Virus record (IMG/VR): IMGVR_UViG_3300031994_000023
Coordinates: 77,780 to 141,779 of that record
Strand: one strand, 5' to 3'
Length of the DNA: 64,000 nucleotides
Source: a virus
Lineage: Duplodnaviria > Caudoviricetes
Positions 19,433 through 28,518 of this stretch are shown one piece after another; within the stretch, counting starts at the first letter, position 1, and each line of letters begins with the position of its first letter. Below the pieces are notes generated by a model that did no database searches, had not been told where the DNA came from, and worked only from the letters and a program-made list of their open reading frames with translations. The translations under genes and the position numbers were made by a program.

Positions 19433-19930
19433 TTATACCCTATTCCTTCCACTGTTTCTTCTACGATTTCTTCTAGACATCGTTTCTCGATAATTTTCTT
19501 CTAAATATTCAGTTCTTGTATCCATGTACTCTCTAATCCCAGACAATGCTTCTTCATAGTGTCCTCTATAACCACCATTAAGGTTGTACAGGAAATAATT
19601 TTCATAGAAATCTGAAAGTTCAGCATAGGCTTGTTTTAATTCGGGAACATCATATCCTGCGTAGATTGACTCATGAAGAAAATCTTCGTCATCCCCACTA
19701 TACGGGAATTCAGGATTATTTATTAGTTCCCAATATTTTTCGTCAATTTCTGCCTTATACCTATCCCATTCGTCCCTACTCGCTTCCTGTGGGTTAAATG
19801 GAAGAGTACTTCCATCTTCTACATACTCCAAAACATTAGTTTCACTGTTGAGGTAGGTTGGGTAGTCGTCTATTCCTTCATCGGCGTAGGATGCTCCCCC
19901 ACCACTTCCTCCTTCTCCTTTACTAGCCAT
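19433..19930 (-). CDS. MASK-tag protein, long-leader subfamily
   Basis: Leader MASKGEGGSGGGASYADEGIDDYPTYLNSE; Arg-rich C-terminal tail. Confidence 0.75.
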   Translation of the reverse strand: MASKGEGGSGGGASYADEGIDDYPTYLNSETNVLEYVEDGSTLPFNPQEASRDEWDRYKAEIDEKYWELINNPEFPYSGDDEDFLHESIYAGYDVPELKQAYAELSDFYENYFLYNLNGGYRGHYEEALSGIREYMDTRTEYLEENYRETMSRRNRRRNSGRNRV

Positions 19931-19958
19931 AAATAATTAATTGTTCATCTCCCTTATA

Positions 19959-21089
19959 TTATTTTTCTTTTCTTTTATAATCTTTATATTTTTCAAATAT
20001 CTCAGAGTTTCTTTCACGATAACTATAATACTCTTCATTCAAGAAGTTAATAATTTCTTTAGGTGTTTTAGCCTCACGAACATGTCTTCCAATATAATCA
20101 CCATAACTATTATATTTCTGATAATCCTCATATGAAGTCCGACGCCCCTTCGGACTGAGAGGTGTATCCACATAAGACTTGGAACCCGTATATATATTAC
20201 CTAGAGGAGCGGTGGACTCTGCAAAATTTTCAACACGATAAATATCAGAAAAATAAGGATGTGGAGAAACACCATAATAACTATTACTATAGTCAGAAGC
20301 AGTCCATATTTCACTGGCAATCTTGAACATAGGATGGTCTGAAATATATCTTCCTGCGAAAGCGTATTCCCTATCACTTGCACCCATACCCCCATAATTA
20401 TCCAGACGGTGTGTCAACTCATGCTCAAAAGTATTCTTAAAATCATACGTTTTCAGAAGGGTACTGTTCAGAGTTATAGTATTATATGTTTCACTATAGG
20501 CTCCACCTAGCACGCCCTCTGAAGAGGCATACTTGTCTAAACTATGGTCTGTGAGTATTATTCGACCAGGATAAAATTTGTAAATGTCTGGACACTCTGT
20601 GGAGAAATACTGCAAATATTGGTGTGGGGGAACAGAAAATGGTGCATCCTCATTGAATATGTTTTGCATGCCTTCATAACTAATACTAACAAGTTGATTT
20701 CCTAATCTGACATTAAAATAATGTTCTCCTTCAAGAGTATCACTGTTTAATATTTGGTACCCTTCTTTTTTTAACTCATCCAAGAAGGCTTTTGCTCCTT
20801 CTTCAGTGTATCCTCCTTTTTCTATTAATTCTTGGAGGGCTTGTTTTTGTGTTATTTTTTTGTAGTCTTCGAATAGTTTTTCGTCTGTTATGGGTGTGTC
20901 TGATTCGTACCAGTCTTTTCCTTTGAGCACTTCTTCGTTGATGAATTCTAAGTCGGAGTCACTGTTTCTTATGTATATTCCGAAGTTGTCTTCGTTGAAG
21001 GGTCTGTAGTCTTGTTCGAAGTTATCTCCTTCTCCTTGGAAGTCTCCACCATATAGTGAGTCTAGGCTTGTTGCGTTTTTACTTGCCAT
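19959..21089 (-). CDS. MASK-tag zincin metallopeptidase
   Basis: HELTHRLD, SDYS and ENFAE motifs; most similar to 5913..6902. Confidence 0.75.
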   Translation of the reverse strand: MASKNATSLDSLYGGDFQGEGDNFEQDYRPFNEDNFGIYIRNSDSDLEFINEEVLKGKDWYESDTPITDEKLFEDYKKITQKQALQELIEKGGYTEEGAKAFLDELKKEGYQILNSDTLEGEHYFNVRLGNQLVSISYEGMQNIFNEDAPFSVPPHQYLQYFSTECPDIYKFYPGRIILTDHSLDKYASSEGVLGGAYSETYNTITLNSTLLKTYDFKNTFEHELTHRLDNYGGMGASDREYAFAGRYISDHPMFKIASEIWTASDYSNSYYGVSPHPYFSDIYRVENFAESTAPLGNIYTGSKSYVDTPLSPKGRRTSYEDYQKYNSYGDYIGRHVREAKTPKEIINFLNEEYYSYRERNSEIFEKYKDYKRKEK

Positions 21090-21095
21090 GATTTT

Positions 21096-21479
21096 TTATA
21101 ATATTATCGTTGTGGTGTTTTGTGTTTGGGTTATTCTAGGTGTGTTTCCCCTTGCTTCAGTTATTTCTTGTTGTATTTGTTGTTCTAGTTGTTCTAGTTG
21201 GTCTATGTTTTCGCCGAATTTTCGGAATTCTAGTCGTATTTGTCGTGTGCTTGTTGTGTGGTTTTGTATTAAGGAGTTTTGGAGTAGTTTGGCTTCTTCG
21301 TATGTTTTTAGTAGTTTTTTTACTAGTTGTTCATGTTTCTTGCTTACAAAGTGTCTTGTTCTGTATTGTTCGGCTTTGTTAAGGATTGTTTCTTCGTCTT
21401 CTCGATGGTAATTTCCCCATCCGTTTGTGTTTCGGGGTGTCCATAAACTGTTTAATGTGTTTGTGCCTTTACTTGCCAT
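21096..21479 (-). CDS. MASK-tag coiled-coil protein (start reassigned to 21479)
   Basis: MASKGTNTLNSLWTP; paralog of 22309..22932 (S..HE.L...L and QQIQQEI shared). Confidence 0.7.
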   Translation of the reverse strand: MASKGTNTLNSLWTPRNTNGWGNYHREDEETILNKAEQYRTRHFVSKKHEQLVKKLLKTYEEAKLLQNSLIQNHTTSTRQIRLEFRKFGENIDQLEQLEQQIQQEITEARGNTPRITQTQNTTTIIL

Positions 21480-21628
21480 GGTGCTCATCGATAGGTTTAT
21501 AAAAAAAATTGTTTTCCATGTTTCTTTTTTTATGGGAAAGGTGGTGTGTTAAAAAAGAAAAAGTGTGGATTTACAAAAAAAATTAATGGTGGATTATTAA
21601 GAAAAAATATGATAATGGGGGTGGGGGG

Positions 21629-22207
21629 TTATTGTTTATGTACTAATAGGTATGAATATGCGTTTGCGAGTTCATCATATTCTTTGTAGTTTGGGTATAC
21701 TTCAGATATTAATTCATAGAATCGTGGGGTGTGTTCCCATTCTTCATAGTGGCATAATTCATGATATACATTGTATTCCACTAATTCTTTAGGAACATAT
21801 TGTAATTTTGTACTAAATGATAAATTGTGATTTTGTGAATGTGATGCCCAACTTCTATTCATGTCTGATTTGATGAATATTCGGTTGGGTGTTCCTTTGT
21901 AGGAGTATTTTTTTAAGTATTGGTTTATAAGATGTTGTAATTCTTCTTTTGTTCTGTATTCGAGGGTTAGGTTTTCGTTTTTAATCTTGTGTTGGAGGTG
22001 AGTTACTTGTTTTTCGTATTTTTTTAAGATGTTTTTCATCCAGTCTATGTGACTGTGTAGTATGTGTTCTATTTCGGTTATTGTGTGTTTTGGGTTGACT
22101 TTGATATAGAATTCGTCCCAGTGTATGAATAGTTTGTAGTTTTTTACTTGTTTGGTGTACCTTATTTGTACATTTTTGTGTATTTCGTTTATAAATATAT
22201 TTGTCAA
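21629..22207 (-). CDS. Second YgjP/DUF45-like metallopeptidase-domain protein
   Basis: RSWASHS...LSFS..L...P...VYHELCH...HTPRFY. Confidence 0.75.
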   Translation of the reverse strand: MTNIFINEIHKNVQIRYTKQVKNYKLFIHWDEFYIKVNPKHTITEIEHILHSHIDWMKNILKKYEKQVTHLQHKIKNENLTLEYRTKEELQHLINQYLKKYSYKGTPNRIFIKSDMNRSWASHSQNHNLSFSTKLQYVPKELVEYNVYHELCHYEEWEHTPRFYELISEVYPNYKEYDELANAYSYLLVHKQ

Positions 22208-22308
22208 ACGACCATCTCCGTTCTTTAAATATATTTATATAACTTATACTATAAATAATTTTCTATTTAACCCTGTTTTCACAATACAAAATTATAGAAG
22301 AAACCAGA

Positions 22309-22932
22309 TTATTCAGTGAAATTTAATTTATACTCTTTATCGTCAACGGTATTTGTGATATTAGCATGATTCTGGTTAGAATTTGTGTTCGTCACCACAT
22401 TTTCCTTGTTATCTGTATTGTGATTATATGTTAATACGGTTCGTGTGTTATCTTTGTTTTGTCCCCTATAAGTAGGGTCTCTTGTATATACAGGTACTAT
22501 ATTACCTGTTTTGTCTCGAATAATTTTTCGTGCAATTTTACCCTTGTTTGCTGTTTTTATGGAATCGTTAATATCTTGTCTTTTTTGTATTTCCTGTTGG
22601 ATTTGTTGGATTATTCTGTCGGCTTCTAATGTGCTTTCTCTTTTTGCAATACCATATTCGGCTTTGGTAAATACGTCTAGTTTGTTGTTGGTGAATCTTT
22701 GGATGGTGTTTGTGTATTCTATGATTTCTTCTTTTTTTCGTTGTAGTTGTTCCATTAATTTCTCATGCTCTTCTGAGATGTATCCTTCGTTTTGTGTTTG
22801 TTCTTCTAGTTGGTTTATGGTTTGTATTGTTTTTTCTGAGTTGTAGGTTGTGTGTCCATCGTATGGTGTTGGTTCGTTGGGTATGGGTGTGAGTATGGAT
22901 TGTAGTGTTTGGTTTGTTCCTTTACTTGCCAT
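22309..22932 (-). CDS. MASK-tag coiled-coil protein
   Basis: MASKGTNQTLQSILTP; paralog of 21096..21479. Confidence 0.7.
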   Translation of the reverse strand: MASKGTNQTLQSILTPIPNEPTPYDGHTTYNSEKTIQTINQLEEQTQNEGYISEEHEKLMEQLQRKKEEIIEYTNTIQRFTNNKLDVFTKAEYGIAKRESTLEADRIIQQIQQEIQKRQDINDSIKTANKGKIARKIIRDKTGNIVPVYTRDPTYRGQNKDNTRTVLTYNHNTDNKENVVTNTNSNQNHANITNTVDDKEYKLNFTE

Positions 22933-22993
22933 GGTTTTTTTTTGGGGATGGATTTTTTTTTAATGGTATTACCCTTCTTTTTTTGGGGGTGTT

Positions 22994-23506
22994 CTACCAG
23001 TATGGTTTTCCTGTGTCGTTTAAGTCATTTATTAGTTGGGTTCTTTGGTTTTGTAGTGTGTTTAGTTGATTCCTTAGTTGCTCTTCTCTTTGAGGTGTTA
23101 CTCCTTGTGAAATTGTTTGCATGATGTTTTCCATGCGTTCTATTAATTTGATTTGTTGTTTTTGCAATTGTATTGCATGGTCTAGGTTTGCATTGTCGGC
23201 TCGGAGTTCGGATTCATCAGAACGGTAATCTTCTAACTTATTGGTATCTGTGGTTGTGGTGGTTTGGTTAATTAAATTTCTTAATTCAGAGTTGTTTCGA
23301 TTCAACTGTTCTTGTAGTTGAGATATATTACTTTGTATCATTTCCTGTTCAGAAGGAACATCTATATCATATTCTTCTCTTAACTCATCATATTTGTTCA
23401 TAAAACTGTCAGAAGTGGTGTTAAGATAAGTGGGATAGTCATCTATTCCTGTGTCCACATATGATGCTCCACCACCATTACCATTTCCACTATTTTTACT
23501 TGCCAT
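22994..23506 (-). CDS. MASK-tag protein, long-leader subfamily
   Basis: Leader MASKNSGNGNGGGASYVDTGIDDYPTYLNT; coiled-coil body. Confidence 0.75.
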   Translation of the reverse strand: MASKNSGNGNGGGASYVDTGIDDYPTYLNTTSDSFMNKYDELREEYDIDVPSEQEMIQSNISQLQEQLNRNNSELRNLINQTTTTTDTNKLEDYRSDESELRADNANLDHAIQLQKQQIKLIERMENIMQTISQGVTPQREEQLRNQLNTLQNQRTQLINDLNDTGKPYW

Positions 23507-23546
23507 AATAATTTAATTTAAAACCTCTTACGTTACCTCTTTCTTT

Positions 23547-23828
23547 TCAGTCCAATTCCAATATTAACCGGAGATTGCGTATAGGATAAGCCATGAACCT
23601 TTCAATTATTTGTTCTTCGGTCATGCCTATTTCGTTCCACATGTTTATGTTTTGAGTATATAATGCACCACTCGCACTATATGCTCTTTCCATGAAACCT
23701 GTATCTTCTTTTAGGAAGTTTTCGAGTAATTCTGTTTTTTGTTGTTTAGTTAGTCCTCTGGCAGGTGTTTCGGAGAACATTGTTTTAACTTTTTTTTCAA
23801 ATTCTTGGAATGATATGGGATATTTCAT
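23547..23828 (-). CDS. Hypothetical protein (no MASK tag)
   Basis: 93 aa, GAGGT RBS; directly downstream of the GNAT-like MASK gene. Confidence 0.6.
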   Translation of the reverse strand: MKYPISFQEFEKKVKTMFSETPARGLTKQQKTELLENFLKEDTGFMERAYSASGALYTQNINMWNEIGMTEEQIIERFMAYPIRNLRLILELD

Positions 23829-23858
23829 ATATAATTACCTCATTGTTTATTTTATGTT

Positions 23859-24467
23859 TTAATCAAAAGTTTTGTAATTGCGTCCTGTTGCCCATTCATT
23901 TAGTGTTATGTTGTCTTTTACCATTTGTTTCGCTACACTCGGGTCATGCTCAAACCAAATTATTCTTTCAGTACCATAGTCTGGTGTCCATCCTTGGCTC
24001 ATCATGTCGTCATTGTATTGAGAGTCCCAGTTTACCCATCCTACAGGTTTATATCCACAGTGTAAGTAGAAATCCCAATTCCCTTCGAAACTGTCGAAGT
24101 TGGTTCCGCCTTTGTCTATTGCAATTTCGTTTATGGCTCTCATGTTGTCTAATGATTCGCCGTTAGCGTCTCTGGCAGAACTTAAACTTATCAATGTGTG
24201 TGTGTCTCTGGTTATTGCGAATGTACTTCCGTTTTCCGTTATGTACATGTCTGCGTTTTTTAGGGCTTCTTCGTCTGGTGTGTCTACTCTCCATGAGATT
24301 TCTGGGTCTGTGTTGTTTTTGTTTTGTTGTACGTTTTGTATGAATTCTGTTGTGTCATATGTTTGTCTGTATTTGATTTGAGGGTAACTATCTGTTGCAC
24401 TGCTTTTGTTGGGTGATGTGTATGTGGTGTAGCCACTTGTCGTGTTTGAACTGTATTTGCTTGCCAT
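23859..24467 (-). CDS. MASK-tag GNAT-like protein
   Basis: AIDKGGTNFDSFEGNWDFYLHCGYKPVGWVNWD resembles the GGxxLDxF...Y...GF..V GNAT-like domain of viral polyvalent proteins. Confidence 0.5.
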   Translation of the reverse strand: MASKYSSNTTSGYTTYTSPNKSSATDSYPQIKYRQTYDTTEFIQNVQQNKNNTDPEISWRVDTPDEEALKNADMYITENGSTFAITRDTHTLISLSSARDANGESLDNMRAINEIAIDKGGTNFDSFEGNWDFYLHCGYKPVGWVNWDSQYNDDMMSQGWTPDYGTERIIWFEHDPSVAKQMVKDNITLNEWATGRNYKTFD

Positions 24468-24644
24468 TTTTCTTTTTTTTTGTGAGTTGTTGTGTGTTCA
24501 ATATTTCTTCTTTTTTTTTTGAGGGGTGTGGGAAAACAGAACATATTATACTAATTGTATAATATATACTCTATTGTATGGGATATAAATACTTAACCCC
24601 AAAACCACCACCACAACCCTACAAAAAAAAAACATAAAATGAAA

Positions 24645-24720
24645 TGCGTGTTACATGAATCGAACATGTGCCTCACTACAGGAATGCAGTGTGTAACTTA
24701 CCACTTATTACCAAACACGC
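24645..24720 (-). tRNA. tRNA-Gly-like gene with an atypical 8-nt anticodon loop
   Basis: Acceptor GCGTGTT/AACACGC plus A73; D-arm GTAA/TTAC with AGTGGTA; T-arm ACATG-TTCGATT-CATGT; anticodon arm CACTG-CATTCCTG-TAGTG. Confidence 0.75.
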
Positions 24721-24787
24721 AAAAAAAAGTAAAAAAAAAAGCATGGAAAAAAAATCAAACCCATACCAAAAACAATAAACAATATTA

Positions 24788-25024
24788 CTATGAATAAACT
24801 ATCTTCCAATCCTCACTCATCAAATCCGTTTGACTAGGCACCCATGGTACAAAATCATCATCCACAGTCTTCAAATAAATATAAGGCACTGTCATTTTAC
24901 TATCTGGAGTAGGCACTTGCATAGTTATAAACATCCCATCCCCATTCCACATTTCCCTCGTTAATTTTTTACCATTTTTAACATGTTTCAAAGCTTCACT
25001 AAACGTCATATACACTGTTTCCAT
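24788..25024 (-). CDS. Tad2-like (DUF2829) nucleotide-signal sponge
   Basis: MTFSEAL..VKNGKKLTR..WNG.GMFI...PYIYLKT.....VPWVPSQTDLMSEDW, the DUF2829 signature. Confidence 0.8.
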   Translation of the reverse strand: METVYMTFSEALKHVKNGKKLTREMWNGDGMFITMQVPTPDSKMTVPYIYLKTVDDDFVPWVPSQTDLMSEDWKIVYS

Positions 25025-25071
25025 CTTTTTTCCTAGTCCTCCTTATTAATTTCGTTCTTCCAATTTAAGTA

Positions 25072-25689
25072 TCATAATTCTTTAGGATAAGGTTTCCGTC
25101 TACATTCTAAGATTTTGCGTTGTTTCTTAGTGAGAGGATAACAATATTTATGTCTTCCTTTATCGGGAATATAATATGCGTTTTTATCAATATGTTGTTG
25201 AATCCACTTAAGACTAGATGTTCCATACCTAGAACTAGCACTCCTTGCATGTACTTTTTCACCATTAATCATCATCCATGATTTTCGTGAGATTGTACCT
25301 AAATATATCCAATTACCCGCTTGATAAATAACACCCAAATGATTCTGGTTTCTATCTGCATAACTCACTATTACTTCAATTTGTGGTTGTGTTTTTTTTA
25401 TTAGTTTAATTGTTTCACTGATTATTTTAGTAACAGGAGTTTTATGTTCCTTCAAAGCAACTCGTGCCAACTCACAAACACCACCCCTATTTTGAGGAGT
25501 GAATTCTGCGTATAACATCCGAGAACCTCTATTATAAATTACTGAACCAATAAATTTTCCATCTTCCCATGCCCCAAACAGTAACTTTTTATCAGATGGC
25601 ATTTGTTTACTGTAATGATAATGTTCCACTGCAAACTTAGACGCTTGGTAAGTACAAGGTGCTACGTGGATGGAGGGTTTATTTTTCAT
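25072..25689 (-). CDS. Mom-like GNAT DNA adenine modification protein
   Basis: HYHYS, ELARVAL, VSYAD..Q.H.GVIYQAGNWIYLG, K.RHKY.YPL motifs. Confidence 0.75.
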   Translation of the reverse strand: MKNKPSIHVAPCTYQASKFAVEHYHYSKQMPSDKKLLFGAWEDGKFIGSVIYNRGSRMLYAEFTPQNRGGVCELARVALKEHKTPVTKIISETIKLIKKTQPQIEVIVSYADRNQNHLGVIYQAGNWIYLGTISRKSWMMINGEKVHARSASSRYGTSSLKWIQQHIDKNAYYIPDKGRHKYCYPLTKKQRKILECRRKPYPKEL

Positions 25690-26401
25690 TAATTATTTCT
25701 ATTCCATATTTTTTTTCAGATAATAATGTGTCAACTGTTTCTTCGGATAATAATTTTTTTATCTCCGATAATCCGTTTTGAGTTATTTTTATCATATAAT
25801 ACTCTTCTTCGGAGTCGTTTGTTTCTTCGGGTTCTTCATTTTGTAATTCTTGTCTATCCGTTGCTTCGTTTTGTGATGTTTGTTCAGTGATTGTTTCATC
25901 TGTGTTTTCAAATTGACTCAATTGAGGTAAGGTATCTAGTGGTTGTTCACTGAAATCAATGTCAAAACCAAAGTAATCTTTGTCAAATCCTGTTAACTCT
26001 AGGTTGAAATTGTTCACATTTAGTTCATCAAAGAGTTCGTCAAGTTTTCCAAAGTCCCATTCACCACTTATCTTGTTTAGTGCAATATTTAATGCTTTTT
26101 CATGGTTTTCGTCTTTGATTGTGAGTTTATCATCTTCAAATACCCAACCTATGTCTCCTAATCGGATTAGTTTTAACTCCCCATCTTCATAGTCGACATC
26201 TGTCCCCATTTTTTCTCGAAGTACATTGTATCGTTGGTGTCCTCCGATGATGTGGTTGTTTTTTAGGTTGATAATTATGGGGTCAACGAGTCCGAATTCT
26301 TCAAGGTTTTGTGTTAACTTTTTTTGTTCGGATGGACTCATTACCCTTGGGTTGTATTCACTTGGGATTATTTCATCTAGTTTTATTTTATCAATTTTCA
26401 T
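25679..26401 (-). CDS. Second ParB/Srx N-terminal domain protein
   Basis: Close paralog of 18763..19401 over the N-terminal ~140 aa; different acidic C-terminus. Confidence 0.85.
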   Translation of the reverse strand: MKIDKIKLDEIIPSEYNPRVMSPSEQKKLTQNLEEFGLVDPIIINLKNNHIIGGHQRYNVLREKMGTDVDYEDGELKLIRLGDIGWVFEDDKLTIKDENHEKALNIALNKISGEWDFGKLDELFDELNVNNFNLELTGFDKDYFGFDIDFSEQPLDTLPQLSQFENTDETITEQTSQNEATDRQELQNEEPEETNDSEEEYYMIKITQNGLSEIKKLLSEETVDTLLSEKKYGIEIINEK

Positions 26402-26476
26402 AAACGAACTCTTTAATTTTTTTTGGGTTATATTTCTCTAAAAAAAAATTGTTTAAACAGGTTATAAGAGTTTATG

Positions 26477-27415
26477 TTAAGATAGGTTCATATTCCATGC
26501 ATTTAATATATCTCTTACGACGGTGGTGGTTACTGCGTTACCGCAACATTTGTATCGTTGGGTGTCACTTATTAGTTCACCGTTTACTCCTAATTGTGTG
26601 TAATTATCTGGAAATCCTTGTAATCGTTCACATTCTATGGGTGTTAACTTTCTGATTTGATAATTTTCCATTAACACCCCTACTCCACATTCTGTGTGTA
26701 TTGTAGGACTTAGTTGTGTTTGCACTCTTCCTCGACAGTTTGTTTGTCCGAGTACTATTCCGTCTCCAACACTTGCCTCAACATAACCTTTTTTAGTATT
26801 GTTTCTTAGTTTTATTCTTTTTATGTGCTCTGTTTTATTTTTTTTTGAGGTATTTTTTGGAGGGTGTTCATTTGTTGTTTTGATAGATAGTATTTCTTGT
26901 CCACATCTTGTTCTAAGAAATCCTTTAAGGAATATTCTTTCCCTATTCTGTGGTACTCCATGGTTTTTGCTATTATATATCGACCATTGCACATTATACC
27001 CCAGTTCGGTGAGTGTCCTAAGGATTGTCTTGAAAGTTCTTCCCTTGTCGTGAGATAATAAACCTTTAACATTTTCGAGTAAAAAATATTTGGGTTTTTT
27101 GTCTTTGAGAATCCTTGCGATTTCAAAAAAGAGCGTTCCTCTGGTGTCGTTGAACCCTCTTCTTTTTCCTGCATGAGAAAATGCTTGACACGGGAATCCT
27201 CCAACCATGAAATCAAAGTGGGATATGTTTTCTGTTCTGATTTTGGTGACGTCTCCGAGGTCAGTGTGGTTTGGATAGTGTTTTTTGTAGATGTTTTTTG
27301 CATATTTGTCTATTTCACTGAATCCTATACATTTTAATTGGTTAGCGTACTTGCTTTGTATGATTCCATATTCAAATCCTCCGATACCACTGAATAAGGA
27401 CAAGTAATTCATCAT
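26477..27415 (-). CDS. dcm: DNA (cytosine-5)-methyltransferase
   Basis: LFSGIGG, GGFPCQ, ENVKG, QNRER, RLQGFPD and GNAVT motifs. Confidence 0.95.
   Translation of the reverse strand: MMNYLSLFSGIGGFEYGIIQSKYANQLKCIGFSEIDKYAKNIYKKHYPNHTDLGDVTKIRTENISHFDFMVGGFPCQAFSHAGKRRGFNDTRGTLFFEIARILKDKKPKYFLLENVKGLLSHDKGRTFKTILRTLTELGYNVQWSIYNSKNHGVPQNRERIFLKGFLRTRCGQEILSIKTTNEHPPKNTSKKNKTEHIKRIKLRNNTKKGYVEASVGDGIVLGQTNCRGRVQTQLSPTIHTECGVGVLMENYQIRKLTPIECERLQGFPDNYTQLGVNGELISDTQRYKCCGNAVTTTVVRDILNAWNMNLS
26821..27303 (-). CDS. Overprinted ORF within dcm; putative beta polypeptide (M.EcoHK31I-like)
   Basis: Alternative frame open for 160 codons; contains NWGIMCNGRY...EY....EYSLKDFLEQDVDKKYYLS. Confidence 0.5.
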   Translation of the reverse strand: MQKTSTKNTIQTTLTSETSPKSEQKTYPTLISWLEDSRVKHFLMQEKEEGSTTPEERSFLKSQGFSKTKNPNIFYSKMLKVYYLTTREELSRQSLGHSPNWGIMCNGRYIIAKTMEYHRIGKEYSLKDFLEQDVDKKYYLSKQQMNTLQKIPQKKIKQST

Positions 27416-27430
27416 ATTTTTATTTGAGTA

Positions 27431-27964
27431 TTAGTTATTCTTTTTTTTTGTTTCTACGGTTATTATTGTATCATTATGTTGAGCCCCGTGTGGAACGAGA
27501 AGTATTTCTTGCATTTCAAAATTGTTAGTTTTGCCTATGCCACCACTATTCCATCCACAACAAATAGCAACACCACCTTGTTTAGTTATTCGTGCAATTT
27601 CCTTTTTCTGTTTTGTCCAGTAACTTGCCTGTGTGGTAGTCATGTTTACTGAGTGGTTTAGTTTTTTATATGATTCACTTACTTGTCTTGGACTATAAGG
27701 TGGGTCATATAATACAATATCTACACTGTTTTCTTCGAATAGTTTCAGAAAATCAAGAGCGTCCATATGATAATTTGTATTGTATTGTGGGTCTAGGTCG
27801 TTAGTAACTGTGGCTATGGTATTGTTGTTAGCGAAAGGGTCTATGATTATCGGGTTGTTGTTGGTTGAAGAGTAATCTTGGATTGTTTTGTGAATTAATT
27901 CTTTGATAGGTTTGATGGTAAATGTGTTTTTAGAGGGCATTGCCCATTTTCGATTTATTTTCAT
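27431..27964 (-). CDS. Phage-type N6-adenine (amino) DNA methyltransferase
   Basis: IDPFA SAM-binding motif, DALDFL, catalytic DPPYS, VPHGAQHNDTI. Confidence 0.8.
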   Translation of the reverse strand: MKINRKWAMPSKNTFTIKPIKELIHKTIQDYSSTNNNPIIIDPFANNNTIATVTNDLDPQYNTNYHMDALDFLKLFEENSVDIVLYDPPYSPRQVSESYKKLNHSVNMTTTQASYWTKQKKEIARITKQGGVAICCGWNSGGIGKTNNFEMQEILLVPHGAQHNDTIITVETKKKNN

Positions 27965-28277
27965 GAGGAAATTTTTTTTATAGGAGAGCAGTTGGATTTG
28001 ATAAAATTGATTTTTAAGAGTTAGTAATACTTCTTTTTCAACTATGCTCTAAAAGAACGGGCGTTGGGATAAAAGAGAAAATAAGAAACATTTAAATACT
28101 ATGAAAACATATATAATAGTGTAGAAAAAAGAATATAAACCTTTTTTTTACCATAAACAATAATTCGTACAAAAAAAAGGCGAGATTACACTCACATAGT
28201 TTAACTTTTAAAAATAGTTTAGATTATAAACAATTATATTCTATACAAGGAAAAGTTAAAGAAGGGAGGTGATACCT

Positions 28278-28346
28278 ATGCCAAAATGGGATATGTATTA
28301 TTACATAAACCATATTTTGACATTGTTGAACCACCTATTTAATTAA
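28278..28346 (+). CDS. 22-aa hydrophobic peptide in a structured intergenic locus
   Basis: GGAGGTGA RBS before ATG; MPKWDMYYYINHILTLLNHLFN; TATA-like TTTAAATA near 28091. Confidence 0.45.
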   Translation: MPKWDMYYYINHILTLLNHLFN

Positions 28347-28481
28347 GAAGAAGTAATCCCGTTTAACTTTTGTATAATTATTGTTTTGTATCTCCACCTA
28401 TATATACATTATTATTCTACAAACCTCTTTTTTTATCCAAACCTCGCCCCTTCGCTTTGAAAAAATTAATGAAAGATTGTC

Positions 28482-28518
28482 TTTTACCTTAATGTATGAG
28501 TTTTACCTTAATGTATGA
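28482..28518. repeat. 18-bp tandem direct repeat TTTTACCTTAATGTATGA
   Basis: Two copies 1 nt apart, duplicating the 3' end of gene 28503..29027. Confidence 0.8.

Noticed and set aside
16437-22207. Type I restriction-modification locus implied by the YgjP-like genes
   Set aside because: No hsdR, hsdM or hsdS in the window.
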